DNA of 63,845 nucleotides, filler included, from Octopus bimaculoides (lineage: Eukaryota), in assembly GCF_001194135.2 (NCBI RefSeq). It is 4 parts of 4 records of this genome, joined end to end, with 100 filler letters (N's around TTAATTAATTAA, not from the genome) between each part and the next. Parts side by side here need not be neighbours in the genome. Positions count along the whole stretch, not along the records: positions 25,144 to 37,294 come from NC_068997.1; positions 37,395 to 58,069 come from NC_068992.1; 2 more parts are not named here. The stretch is one strand, 5' to 3'. How positions within the stretch are numbered: the first letter of the stretch is position 1; each line of letters starts with the position of its first letter. Made by a program: the position numbers and the translations under genes. Below, piece after piece: positions 25,371 to 38,432 of this stretch. The notes beneath the pieces are model-generated. The model was not told where the DNA came from. It made no database searches and saw only the letters and a list, made by a program, of their open reading frames with translations.

Positions 25371-26413
25371 CTGTGTGTGTGTGTTTGTGTGTGTGTGAGT
25401 GTATGTGAGTGTGTGTATACATACATAGATATGTAATATATGTATATTTATATACATATGTATATATGTTTATATGTATACACACACAGAGGCACACAAA
25501 TATATGTTGCATGTGTCAGCATGTGAGCCTTTTTCATGTATAATTAAATGATTGATTTAATTTATATTATTTACTGGACTGACTTGTCATTGGCTATTTA
25601 TGATCATTGGCTATTTACTTAATAAAGTATATGGCGAAAATCAGATACTTTAGATTTCTGCTGCTCTTTCATAAATTTCTCCACGTCGGATTTCATTCAA
25701 GCGGACTTCTTTCTAAAGAAACCTTCGCTATCGACAATTTACGTGTCGTCAGGTCCTTTATGCAAGTTTAAAGATGCTTAAATTTTGTGAACCACTGTTA
25801 TGAAATACAATAAATTCACAATTCAGAAACGTATGTGTGTTTGTGTTCTTAACTCTACTCGTTACATGCAGCACAGCACAACCTGTCGCAATGTCAGGTC
25901 GTCGGCTACTAAATCGGCAATACTCGTTGGCAAGAAGAGTGTTTTTTGTCAGAGACACTACGTGACGAAAACAAACCTTTTAAAGGGAGAATGAAGTTAA
26001 TAGATTTCCATTCATTTATTATTAATATTTTTTCTTTCTTTTCCAAAATGTTCGTTGCCTTTATAAACTTCTCAATGGATGTTGACTCTGCCTATTATCT
26101 GAGTTGCTTTCCGATAACGGACAGAATCAACATCCACTGACAAGGTTGCAAAAGCAGCAGAAATTTTCGAAAATAAAAAATATAATTAATAAATGAGTGG
26201 AAATTGAAGCGGAGAGTGTGTTAGATACTAAGGCATTAAGACAATAGGAATCTCCCCAAACATAACAAAATTTACGTCAATACACGAATTCCCATAAAGA
26301 GCCTTGCAAACCAGATACAAAAACGAAGTTAATAGTGTCAACGGCTATCAAACAGCGAAACCAATCATCTTGTTTGTTTCTGGAGTTGTTGGCCTTTCAG
26401 GTGGGAGCCTTAC

Positions 26414-26576
26414 TAGAGATATGAAAGCTGCTATTGGTTTTAAATGTTTGCACGGACATTGCCTACAGCCATTGTATTTAACATCTAGCATAAGATAATT
26501 TGTCTGCGATGAGTAGTTATGGTCATACATATCTATAACTGGACAACTTTCGAGAGAACGTGAAAAAACATTCTTG
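26414..26576 (-). CDS. candidate internal exon of an unidentified gene (KNVFSRSLESCPVIDMYDHNYSSQTNYLMLDVKYNGCRQCPCKHLKPIAAFISL)
   Basis: 163-nt open frame between ctgtttccaaag| and |gtaagg; no recognisable homology. Confidence 0.2.
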
Positions 26577-26723
26577 CTTTGGAAACAGTTCACTCAGATT
26601 TTCTTTCCCAAAAAGGCTATTTAGCACAATATTTACACGATACTTATTAGAAGCAATATATANNNNNNNNNNNNNNNNNNNNNNNNNNNNNNNNNNNNNN
26701 NNNNNNNNNNNNNNNNNNNNNNN

Positions 26724-26757
<34 letters not shown>

Positions 26758-27146
26758 ATACGTTTTTCGATATCGTAAATATTTATATGCACATGAATAT
26801 TTTATGTAAATTAAGTATGAAATCAATTCATTTCATCTAACCCAGAAAGCTTTTTTGTTTATGTATACAGGGCATGACAGCTATTTGAGATCAAAATTTC
26901 AATTTAACGATTATGAAAATATGTAGAAAATCAATATATTTCCACACACATATCAAACGTCTATTCAATGAACCCGCCATCAGTATCGGTTATTGGCTCG
27001 ACATGGTGATAAGACTTTTAAACGATTAAATGCATTGATAAGGTGATCTTTATTCATGTTAGTTCTAACGTTTCTACTAATAGGTGTCAATTAATCCTTG
27101 ATATTTTGGGCATTATTGTTGGAAAAAAGAACAGAAATTATCTGAC

Positions 27147-27972
27147 TGGCAATAGAAGGCGTTGCATGGTAGATTCCCAAATATAGTTTCAGAAAATGAT
27201 AGTAGTGAGATATGGTTATGGTTGCAGAAAGGAAAGTTGAAGAGGGGAATGAAAGTTTGTTAGTAGCTGCACAAGATCAAGTAATAAGGACTAATTAGTT
27301 AAAAGCCAAGATAGACATAAAACAAGTAAATTCCCAGTGTAGATTATGCAAATCAAAAGAGGGAAGCGTTACTCATAGTAAGTGAATGTAGCATGTTGAC
27401 ACTAAAAGAATACAAGAAAAGACATGGCGATCTAGGGAGGGTAATCCACTGGGAGCTATGTAGAGAGCTAGGATTTGACCATACTGATAAATGGTATGAA
27501 CATGAACCTAGTAAATTTCTAGAAAGTAAGAAATGCAAGATGTTGTGGAACTTTAACATTCAGACGGACAGAGTAATAGAAGCTAGAAGGCCTGATTTAG
27601 TAGCAGTAGATAAAGAGAATAGAAAGTGCCAGATAATTGACTTTACCGTCCCAAATGATGAAAAAATTATTATGAGAAGTATAGAGAAAATAGCTATTGA
27701 ATTATAGAGACTATGGAAAGTGCGGGTAAAATGTATCCCAGTAGTTATAGACGCATTGGGAACTATGCCTAAAGATCTGAACAGATGGATAAGCCTCAGT
27801 TTAGTACAGCTGCAGAAAACAGTGTTATTAGAGACAGCTAAGGTATTTAGGAGCGTTCTTGGCAACTAAAGTCACTTGCTGTAACCCAATAGGAGGGTTC
27901 TTGGCATCTAAGGATACTTGTAGCCCGATGTTAGGATTCTTTTCTTTTCCAACAGTCTGATCTGTTGAGTGT

Positions 27973-28065
<93 letters not shown>

Positions 28066-28066
28066 G
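27147..28066 (+). mobile_element. R4/Dong-like non-LTR retrotransposon 3' end (CCHC knuckle + RLE + 3' UTR + (AAT)n)
   Basis: LHGRFP, AAQDQVIRTN, CRLCK...H..SEC, EYKKRH, IHWELC, KWYEHEP, LWNFNIQTDRVIEARRPDLVAVDK..CQIIDFTVP; stop at 27867-27869; (AAT)n at 27972-28066. Confidence 0.9.
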
Positions 28067-28295
28067 GTCCCTGTAAATACTTGGGCAGTGTCATCATTAC
28101 TTAGATACTCAGCAGCTTTTGTTGGACAGAAGAACTAGGAAGGAATTCAAAATGAACGGAGTGCTCCACCCAAGGGCAGGAATAGCAAGATTATACCTAC
28201 CTAGAAAGGAAGGTGGAAGAGGGTTGATATCAGTAGAAGACTGCGTGGAGTTAGCTAGAGTAGATATAGACTCCTATGTAAGTAATAGAGAAGAA
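28067..28295 (+). mobile_element. second R4/Dong-like fragment (RT thumb region)
   Basis: NTWAVSSLRYSAAF and LDRRTRKEFKMNGVLHPRAGIARLYLPRKEGGRGL, a typical R4-clade motif. Confidence 0.85.
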
Positions 28296-28958
28296 AAATC
28301 CTCTTATAGTTTTATAATTAAACATTATTAGGAATTATGTGAAAATAATTGTTAAAATATTTTATGTGTTACAGAAGTACAATCAACTTACTGAAGATAA
28401 ATATTGACCAGAAAATCTTATATTGACCACCAAGGGCCCTATGAACTCCGGTTGTGAACCTCTGTTTTAAACACTCGAAGTCGACATTCCAGTAAGACTG
28501 TACCTCGTTTACGGAAACGGATAAAAGTAAGTATACACAAGAACACACTCAAACACACACATACAACATACATGCACATACAAGCACACACACACACATA
28601 TATTTTATATACGTGTGTGTGTCTGTGTAAATATACAAATACAATTATACATACANNNNNNNNNNNNNNNNNNNNNNNNNNNNNNNNNNNNNNNNNNNNN
28701 NNNNNNNNNNNNNNNNNNNNNNNNNNNNNNNNNNNNNNNNNNNNNNNNNNNNNNNNNNNNNNNNNNNNNNNNNNNNNNNNNNNNNNNNNNNNNNNNNNNN
28801 NNNNNNNNNNNNNNNNNNNNNNNNNNNNNNNNNNNNNNNNNNNNNNNNNNNNNNNNNNNNNNNNNNNNNNNNNNNNNNNNNNNNNNNNNNNNNNNNNNNN
28901 NNNNNNNNNNNNNNNNNNNNNNNNNNNNNNNNNNNNNNNNNNNNNNNNNNNNNNNNNN

Positions 28959-29135
28959 CACGCCGGACAAAATGCTTAGCAGCATTTCGTCCGTCTTTAT
29001 GCTTTGGGATCAAATTCCTTCGAGGTCGACTTCTACAATTCATTCTTTCGGGATCTAAAAAATCGGTTAACTGAACACTGGGATCGACGTAATCGACTTA
29101 ACCCCAACCACGAAATAGCTGGTCTCGTGCCAAAA
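28959..29135 (+). mobile_element. CORE-type SINE copy
   Basis: CACGCCGGACAAAATGCTTAGCAGCATTTCG...GAGGTCGACTT...TCATTCTTTCGGGATC. Confidence 0.7.
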
Positions 29136-29989
29136 TTGACATAGTAATGTGCACGTCTTGACTTTCAGAGAATTATAACACTTCGTGAAGATTTCTTCAT
29201 TTGAAGATGAATGAAGCCAGTCTTCAATGGAAAGTGATATATGGGAGAAAATACGAGGAATAAGGTCTTATGGAGGAAGAACTACAAGAATAAAAGTGGC
29301 CGAAAACCTGGAAGGGAAAAAAGAAAATAAGAAACGTCTTCAGCCAATGTTCTCTAGCTTTTTTTTACCTTCTTCATTTTGAAACTGCCGCGCACGTTTA
29401 AATGAAACATGGATGCTTATAAAATTACAGATAGAAATTTAAATTTAAAACCAAAAGACCATTTTATTGGCAAATTATAATGAATTTTAATTCCAGTATA
29501 GGACAGAGGTTAAGATTGGTCAAACCAATTATTGGCACACATCGTATGGGAACGTAAATTAAGGCGAATTTACATTTCAAAAGAAATATAAATATTCAGA
29601 AAATGGTTTATATATAAGAAAATAGTAAATAACTCACAATAACTTGCAATGCTTCTTGTAATTAGATGTCGCTTCACTAGATAATGATGGTTGGGAGAAA
29701 CAAACAGACCATCGACTGCAATATTTCTCGCCTGGTTAACAATCTAATATCGTTTGACTACCAAATATGAACGCTTACTATGACCTAACACAATATTTTT
29801 CTGTCTTCGAGAATGTTCTGACCAATTCATACGCTTCCTTGGTGTCGTGAACATTACTCGAATACAGATGAGGTCATCAGCAAAGAAGACAAGGGTGACG
29901 TTATCTTTTCTCTCCTCCGTAGGTTTTATCATTCAGTCTTTGCGTTTCCTTAACAGAACTAACGAGGAGTTTACGGCTGGAACGAAAAG

Positions 29990-30496
29990 CATTAAAGGAT
30001 GGGATGGGGAGGTGAGGTAGGAGTGTGTAGGGGTGAGGTGGGCTTATGAGGAAGGGTCGACGATGAAGGAGGAAGGGAAAAGTGGATATGATAGGAGGAA
30101 GAAAGAGAGGAGAGAGAAGTGAGTAAGAGAGAAGAGAGTAGGAGAGAAGAGAGAAAGAGAGTAGGGGTGAAGAGAAGTAGGAGTGAAGAGAAGTAAAGAG
30201 AAATAGGAGTCGGAGCAGGAGAGGAGAGGTGGGTGGGAGGAAGTAGGAAGGAGCGGGAGGGAGAGAGAGGCAGAGAGGCAAGGGGAGGGGGTTAGATCAA
30301 GAGGGGAGGAGAGTTGAGCCCATGTGGTGCAAAAGAGCGAAGAGAGAAGATTAATTCCTGTTTACGGCGCAAACGGGAGTCCGGATTGCCCCTGTGCAAG
30401 GACAATCCAAACACGGACAGGTGTTGCTGCAAGGAGTGACCGGTAGAGCGGAAATGGCGTGACACTGGGGTGTCATTGCCAAGGCGGATGTCTAGG
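29990..30496 (-). mobile_element. Penelope-like element 3' end: GIY-YIG C-terminus plus pyrimidine-rich tail
   Basis: LDIRLGNDTPVSRHFRSTGHSLQQHLSVFGLSLHRGNPDSRLRRKQELIFSLRSFAPHGLN matches the PLE PV..HF...GHS...EQ.LIF.L....P.GLN C-terminus. Confidence 0.8.
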
Positions 30497-31675
30497 NNNN
30501 NNNNNNNNNNNNNNNNNNNNNNNNNNNNNNNNNNNNNNNNNNNNNNNNNNNNNNNNNNNNNNNNNNNNNNNNNNNNNNNNNNNNNNNNNNNNNNNNNNNN
30601 NNNNNNNNNNNNNNNNNNNNNNNNNNNNNNNNNNNNNNNNNNNNNNNNNNNNNNNNNNNNNNNNNNNNNNNNNNNNNNNNNNNNNNNNNNNNNNNNNNNN
30701 NNNNNNNNNNNNNNNNNNNNNNNNNNNNNNNNNNNNNNNNNNNNNNNNNNNNNNNNNNNNNNNNNNNNNNNNNNNNNNNNNNNNNNNNNNNNNNNNNNNN
30801 NNNNNNNNNNNNNNNNNNNNNNNNNNNNNNNNNNNNNNNNNNNNNNNNNNNNNNNNNNNNNNNNNNNNNNNNNNNNNNNNNNNNNNNNNNNNNNNNNNNN
30901 NTGTGTGTGTGTGTATGTATGTATGTATATATACATATATGTATTAATAATGTACCAGTATCACTCTCTTCTTTACAAGTTCTCTTTCCATCCCTGAGTT
31001 TTTGATTCAGTCCCTCTGTCGGTTATATTCGCCAGGTATCAACTACTGTATCCCGAGCTGACCAAGTCTTTTGAGTGGATTTGGAACGTGGGGGATGAAA
31101 AGAGTCTGATCTATACTTATGCACACGTGTTTCTGCTTTCTTATCTTATGTTATGCCATTAAGTTCCAAATCTTCCCTGGAAACAAGCCAGGTTGTGGGG
31201 AAATAAAAACCTTGCTTGGAAACAAGGGTTGATGACAGGAAATGAATTTGGCTGAAATGCATCAGGCCTCAGCGAATTCCGTCTGTGAGCGCGGAAAACT
31301 GGATGTTGAAACGATGATATTGATGATGATGATGACGCTACGGATGTCTGCCGCTGATGATGATAATGATGACGAAGAAGAAGGATGTAAAGAAGAACAG
31401 TTTAATAAAGTAAGAAATAATATGTGAACCTCACGTTGAAGTGGGTGGAGAACAACCCGGATATACGTTATTTACACTACTCTAAAAATTGCTTTCCGAC
31501 ATGGAACACTATTGTTTTAATTAAGTGAAGATACAGTGGAAAAAGCAGATCAATAAATATTGCATGTTGACGACTAATAATTTTTATTTACTGCTCTTTG
31601 CAAAATTGATTAACAAGGAACATCGCATGTGTAAGGCCTTATGTTGTATTGTACATATATATTGTTTATTGTGTA

Positions 31676-32057
31676 GAGGCGCAATGACCCAGTGGTTAGG
31701 GCAGCGGACTTGCGGTCATAGGATCGCGGTTTCGATTCCCAGACCGGGCGTTGTGAGTGTTTATTGAGCGAAAACACCTAAAGCTCTACGAGGCTCCGGC
31801 AGAGGATGGTGGCGAACCCTGCTGTACTCTTCCACCACAACTTTCTCTCACTCTTTCTTCCTGTTTCTGTTGTGCCTGTATCTCAAAGGGCCAGCCTCGT
31901 CACACACTGTGTCACGCTGAATATCCCCGAGAACTACGTTAAGGGTAAACGTGTCTGTGGAGTGCTCAGCCACTCGCGCGTTAATATCACGAGCAGGCTG
32001 TTCCGTTGATCGGATCAACTGGAACCCTCGTCGTCGTAAGCGACGGAGTGCCAACAA
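31676..32057 (+). mobile_element. full-length tRNA-derived SINE (family 3) with 11-bp target-site duplication
   Basis: A-box-like GACCCAGTGGTTAGG, B box GGTTTCGATTCC; ATTGTTTATTG at 31661-31671 and 32059-32069; second copy at 38433-38812. Confidence 0.9.
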
Positions 32058-32238
32058 AATTGTTTATTGGATATAGCATACAAGGATATAATGCTAAAGC
32101 CTTGACCTGTTTAAAACATCACAAGTGGTGCTGCTGAAATTCACTATAATTTTTGTGTACTATTTCTGTTTACTCTTATTCATATTTATTTGCCACAAAA
32201 TTGATTAAGGTTACAGTTTATGACCATGTCACCATATA

Positions 32239-32462
32239 TAACAAGGGAGTTCTGAAAAGTTTCTGGCTTTTGGGTAAATGAAAAATGAGGGAGATCAGTT
32301 TATTATGCTTTTATTCAACGCATTACCATCTCAGATACACACACTTATTGCAGCGGTCCTTCACTTTTTCTAAGCCCTGTAAAAACAGCTCGAAAAACTG
32401 GGCATTCAACCAGGCTGTTCGTGATACCCTTAAAGCCTGGAACTTTTCAGTACCCCTTCGTA
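32239..32462 (-). mobile_element. mariner-derived MITE (~225 bp)
   Basis: Imperfect TIRs (..CAAGGGAGTTCTGAAAAGTTTCTGGCTT / AAGCCTGGAACTTTTCAGTACCCCTTCGTA); interior reads GLEKVKDRCNKCV...CVE* on the minus strand, like a mariner C-terminus. Confidence 0.7.
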
Positions 32463-32484
32463 TATATANNNNNNNNNNATATAT

Positions 32485-32516
<32 letters not shown>

Positions 32517-32893
32517 GTTTATGTATGAATGTATGTATGTATCTATGTATGCATGCATTGAATTGGTCAGTTTACACTGTGCTATGATATATTTGTTCCG
32601 AAGTCTTTCTTGGTGTTGTCAACTACAGTCAGCACCTTGTCCGATTGTATCACTGATGCACACATTGGTTGAGATGAACGAGCTCTTTAACCCTGGATCA
32701 ATAAGACTGTTTGAGGATGAGCTAAGGGACGTTTCCTCAAAGTTCGAAATCACGGTGATACGGGCATGTCTGACTTTTAAATTTTCGATTATTTTCGTCA
32801 TTGGTATGGGGGTCGTAAAGACTTTGTTCATTTGCCCGCTTTCACTTTTGTGTTTAAGTGAAAACTTGTGGTTTGAATAATTTTAACATGCTG

Positions 32894-32995
<102 letters not shown>

Positions 32996-34889
32996 GCATA
33001 AAATATATCATACACGTGAACACTTCACATACATAACGTTTTAAATACCGGCAAACAATGTTGTAGATTGATAAATTTTATTGAGATATACACACATGAA
33101 TACAGTAATACTGATTAAAAGAAACAATATATCAATTCACATAAGATATTGTGCACATAGTTATGGAGTTTTCATAAATTAATACTGATGTTCATGTGTT
33201 GAATAGCAAATAATTATAGTGTTTCGTAGAGATCTCTTCTTTTGAAGGTGAGCGAAAGTAGTGGGTGAAGGTGAGTGAAAATATGTCTGGAGTAAAATAC
33301 GAAAGGGAGGACAACAGGACGAAAGTGGGTGCGAAGATTGGTAAAAAGAGGAAAATTATGCTTATTATCAAAGCTCTGACTTTCTCTTGTTCGCTTTGAA
33401 ACTGCATCACACTTTCGAATGAAACATGGATACACGTAAAATTTCCGAAGCAAATTCAAAAGCTAAAGCCGAGTTTGATAGAATAATAAAATGAAATATA
33501 ATTGCAATGTAGGTAAGAAAGAATGAATGGTCATGCCATCGTATAGAAAGTTGAAAACTGCAGAATGAATTTTATTTTTTAAATTCAAAATACAGAAAAA
33601 ATTGCAAAATTCAGATGAAAATTGATTGCATGAATGAAAATTGTAAATCATGAGTTTCCCTGCAATAATATGAATTGTTTAAAACATTGAAATATATTAT
33701 TAAAAATCTATGGAGCATCTTAATACCACTTGGGCCACTGTTTGAAAATCACCGTAGTTGATAAACAAGTAAAAGGAGAAAACTATAAAGTCAACACTAG
33801 ACAATTACTGAATACATCCGTTTGTAAAAGGTTTGCTGAAAAACAACCATAATCGTTTCTTAGTGCAAGGATAAATAGCAGTATTTGTGAAAAGCAGCAA
33901 GTTATAACAAACAGGATATGACTATAAATTTCAGCTCACACATGATATCCAAAAGATTAATGGCAATGTTACATGTTCAGAAGTGGGTGGATTAAAACAA
34001 ATTTTTTTAAAGTTTCAATATAATTTCATTAAGCGACAACCATTCTTCTTCTTTTCATATAGGAAGGCGAAACACTTCGGAACAATGTTACATTCGGCAG
34101 CGCAAGCAATTCTTGATGAAGCTTCTACGCATCTATGTGTTTTTATGTAGGTGTATGAGTTCATTAACTTTGTAAACCTGCCGGTCTGTATGGCAGAAGT
34201 TATATTTCCCTCTGTGAAAATAAAATGTAAAACAAAAGGATGTTAACATTCTATCTTTCGCATATATAATAATCTTAAATAGATATACTTATAAATCATT
34301 GTGAACCATGTCTTTCGCCTTTAACACTGCACCTCTAGTTGAATTGCATCTTAAGATAATAAGAACTACCTCTTTCTTAATTGTGGAGAGTAGACGTTTG
34401 GTAGTCTGTTTTCCTATCCCCCTACCATGCAGACTGACCCTTTTCAAGACTATAAATCTTAAATATACCCCTCCCATATATGTTGTGGTTATGTTCCCTC
34501 CTACAAAACCACTTGATCCTGTTTTGTTTTGATTTAACAAACTCATTCTACAGTAAGCTTCGATTGTGGCATCACTGAGAATGCGCATGTCGAGGATTGA
34601 AAAATGTTTTTCTAAATATATTTAATTTCAAAATTCGTGTATTCATCTAAAGAAAATGTACTCATTAATCAATTAAAAAATTCGCTGGAAACAGCTGTAA
34701 TGCATTGGCACCTAGTCATCATTTGATATTTATTGATTTATTATTCACCTCCCTTGGAACCTGCCCTTCGCGTGGTCCGAAGTATATTATGGACCGTATA
34801 TTTTATATAATGTGCTTTTCTAAATTAACCCGTTTCTGAATTATCCCAAGGTCTGATGATATGCTCAGTTTGGATCAATTGATTGTATA

Positions 34890-35034
34890 CTTAATCTGAA
34901 AATCCTTCTGCCAGTACTTCTGTACCAAGGTTGGTATTCGTCTATAATTGCTGTGTATGCATTTTAATTCTGACCTAATCCGGTGCCTTACCTTTAAGTG
35001 CTTTGTTCACTAGAATCTTAATATACATACCTAC

Positions 35035-35067
<33 letters not shown>

Positions 35068-35735
35068 TGTATGTTTAATGTACTGTTCCGTATATGTATA
35101 TGGGAGAGACAGCGGCAAAGAAGAAAGATTCTCAGATTGATCAGTCTGTACAACATTGTCACCGGTACCAATTTCATTTGTTGGGAGAAAAATTATCTCA
35201 ATTCACCACCAGCGACAACATTAAACAGAAACCGAGAATGTAGAGTTTAATAGAAAATTGGTCAAGAGATGTATATACTATGTTCGTTTAAGACAGCGAA
35301 CTGGTAGAATCGTNNNNNNNNNNCTTAATCTGAAAATCCTTCTGCCAGTACTTCTGTACCAAGGTTGGTATTCATCTATAATTGCTGTGTATGCATTTTA
35401 ATTCTGGCCTAATCCGGTACCTTACCTTTAAGTGCTTTGTTCACTAGAATCTTAATATACATACGTACATATATGTATGTATGTATGTATGTATGTTTAA
35501 TGTACTGTTCTGTATATGTATATGGGCGAGACAGCGGCAAAGAAGAAAGATTCTCAGATTGATCAGTCTGTACAACATTGTCACCGGTACCAATTTCATT
35601 TGTTGGGAGAAAAATTATCTCAATTCACCACCAGCGACAACATTAAACAGAAACCGAGAATTTAGAGTTTAATAGAAAATTGGTCAAGAGATTTATATAC
35701 TATGTTCGTTTAGGACAGCGAACTGGCAGAGTGGT
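34890..35735 (+). repeat. ~420-bp near-identical tandem duplication across a 10-N gap (34890-35313 / 35324-35735)
   Basis: Same sequence on both sides of the gap with about ten substitutions; probably an allelic overlap artefact. Confidence 0.85.
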
Positions 35736-35932
35736 TAGCACGCCGGGCGAAATGCTTAACGGTATTTCGTCTGTCTTTACGTTCTGAGTTCAAATTCCGC
35801 CGAGGTCAACTTTGCCTTTCATCCTTTCGGGATCGCTAAATTAAGTACCAGTTGCGTACTGGAGATGATGTAATCGTCTGAACCCCCACCCACCCCACCA
35901 AAAATTCCGGGCCTTGTGCTTAGAGCAGAAAA
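35716..35932 (+). mobile_element. CORE-type SINE, full length
   Basis: GCGAACTGGCAGAGTGGTTAGCACGCCGGGCGAAATGC...GTTCTGAGTTCAAATTCCGCCGAGGTCAACTTTGCC...GGGCCTTGTGCTTAGAG. Confidence 0.85.
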
Positions 35933-36239
35933 GTATACACTATGTTTGTTTTGAACGAATATGTTAGTTTTAACGAATATAGCTTAGGTTATTTGAAGAT
36001 AAAATAAGGCATTCGTATGTTCGTTCAAAACCAACATTGTTTATAAATTTCTAGACCACTTTTCAATTATATAGTGTAGGCGGTGTTGGTGTCGAGAATT
36101 ATGCTTCAGTCGCAACAGAATATAGTGAGACGCCGATGTACCAGCTGGATACCTGCAAACAACTGAACGACTTCTCACCGATTGCAATGTAAAATAAATA
36201 AATATGCAGCTATGTAAACTGTTACATATATTTATTTCT

Positions 36240-36378
36240 TTATTGCCCCCTGGGGGCTACATAGAGGGGACAAACAAGGACAGACAAAGGGATTAAGTTG
36301 ATTACATCGACGCCAGTGCGTAACCGGTACTTATTTAATCGACCCCGAATGGATGAATGGCAAAGTCGACCTCGGCCG
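36240..36378 (-). mobile_element. CORE-type SINE 3' half
   Basis: GATTACATCGACGCCAGTGCGTAACCGGTACTTATTTAATCGACCCCGAA...GGCAAAGTCGACCTCGGC. Confidence 0.7.
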
Positions 36379-36635
36379 AACTGTTATATATATCAAGCAA
36401 AAAGTATGCTAATGCATGTGATAAAAGAAGCAGTATTTACCTATCTTGAAGTAGAACATACTAAATTCATCAGGATAACAATTTTTAAGTACAACAGCAT
36501 CATCCGTATCTCGATATGTTTCGAAGAGATAATCTAGAAATCAATAAAACATATTTATTCATATCGTTACACGCACATATATATGTATAACTTCTCTCTC
36601 CCTCTACCTTATCACCTACTGTCTCTCTCTCTCTT

Positions 36636-36676
<41 letters not shown>

Positions 36677-36838
36677 NNNNNNNNNNNNNNNNNNNNNNNN
36701 NNNNNNNNNNNNNNNNNNNNNNNNNNNNNNNNNNNNNNNNNNNNNNNNNNNNNNNNNNNNNNNNNNNNNNNNNNNNNNNNNNNNNNNNNNNNNNNNNNNN
36801 NNNNNNNNNNNNNNNNNNNNNNNNNNNNNNNNNNNNNN

Positions 36839-36888
<50 letters not shown>

Positions 36889-38169
36889 AAATATACTGTT
36901 GAAAACACTGCTTTATTCTTGGCAAAACTCATGAGGTACCCACTTGCCTTCTCTATACACGTTTCCATTTTGCTTGAGATGACACTGCGCAGTGGACTAA
37001 GCTTTATTAATCGTTCTGGATAAATACTCGATATTTTAACACGGAGCCTCAGTTAATCCTCCTGATCGATAAATATACAAAAGATCGAAATCCCCGCTTT
37101 TAAAATTTGTTTAACTACGTTTAGCAATTCCGAACGCACACCATTAGAATAAATTACACACGCTTAGGCTCGGAACGTTAAAGACTTTCTCTATTCCCGA
37201 GCGTTATACTAATACATCCATTTGTTGTTTACACCACCTGTCTTCGTCTGTCGTTTTTTCGTGTATTCTCCCTATATATATATATATATATATANNNNNN
37301 NNNNNNNNNNNNNNNNNNNNNNNNNNNNNNNNNNNNNNTTAATTAATTAANNNNNNNNNNNNNNNNNNNNNNNNNNNNNNNNNNNNNNNNNNNNTGTATA
37401 GAGGAATATATTATTTTGTTTAAAAGAGTTCCAACACTGTCTGTTTTTTATGTTTTGTTTATATTCCTTGTGGTATTTCATATTTTCTATACCTTGTGGT
37501 ATTTCATCATGGCCGGTATGACACACTTTAACAGACTGTCATATATATATATATATATATACATTATTTATATTGTTATTTAACTGAATGCCACGCATCC
37601 ATTTCCAAGTAAATTTATCTTAACCTTTTCTAATGCGACTCTACTCTATACTGTTTTATCCCCATCCTATCTAATTCTATTTTTCTCCCTTTCACCGTTT
37701 TCTATCTGTTTCTGCTCTGTCTCTGTATCTGTCTATCTCTTTCTCTTTTTCTCTCCCGTTGCTCGCACCTGACCATCGTCCACCTTTCTTTTCCTCACGT
37801 GACCATCTTTCTTTTCTGCACGAACCTTCTAAGGACTGGACGTGTCTTATCTCTGTCTTCTATCTTTTCTCTTTTCAAAGAAAATATTTCTCTCATCGCT
37901 CACTATTTTCACCTCGTTCAGGCCTAACAGCCCTCCATATTTGTTTTCGTTCGGTTTCCCTGTATGTCTCCACTGTCCTGCTTTTGTTCCTAACTTTGAC
38001 CCTCCTTAAATCCAACATTTTATTTTGGTATTTATGGGAACAACTGTCTTTGAAGACTCATATTGTCGTTGATTGCTCGAAATGGGGAGCAGAAAGTCAG
38101 GAGACAACGGATGAAGTGTCACTCTTTTTATTCTTAGCATTACTTGTCTTTCTTTTTTTACTTTTTACG

Positions 38170-38370
38170 TATTTCATTCATTAGACTGTGGCCATACCGA
38201 AACACCGCCTTGAAAAATATTTTTTGAATAAATCTACCCCAGTGTTTATTTTCGTTTTCAAGCCTGGTACTTATTCTGTGGTACTCGTTTTGCCGAATCG
38301 TTAAGTTACGGGGACGTAAACAAACCAACAACGGTTGTCAAGCTGTGGTGGAGGGCAAACATAGACACAG
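38170..38370 (-). mobile_element. family-2 SINE 3' half
   Basis: GGTACTTATTCTG...TTTTGCCGAATCGTTAAGTTACGGGGACGTAAACAAACCAACAACGGTTGTCAAGC. Confidence 0.75.
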
Positions 38371-38432
38371 ACATAAACACACACACACACTCGTATGTAT
38401 GTATGTATGTATGTGTGTATGTATGTAGGAGT

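Noticed and set aside
31676-31750. tRNA gene
   Set aside because: A/B boxes are present but continue into a 380-bp SINE body with a TSD and a second copy; this is a SINE head, not a tRNA.
34289-34588. 99-aa ORF containing HGRGIGKQ, reminiscent of GNAT acetyltransferase motif A
   Set aside because: No other GNAT features, AT-rich codons, and the opposite strand is also open; a chance motif is likely.
34890-35735. Apparent recent tandem segmental duplication
   Set aside because: The copies meet at a minimal 10-N gap and differ by scattered substitutions and a microsatellite length, as expected for two haplotypes overlapping at a contig join.
37150-37275. Possible second hammerhead (GCTTAGGCTCGGAACGTTAAAG) at a Penelope-like tail
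   Set aside because: No CUGANGA core upstream and GAAA is GGAA; at most a truncated remnant.
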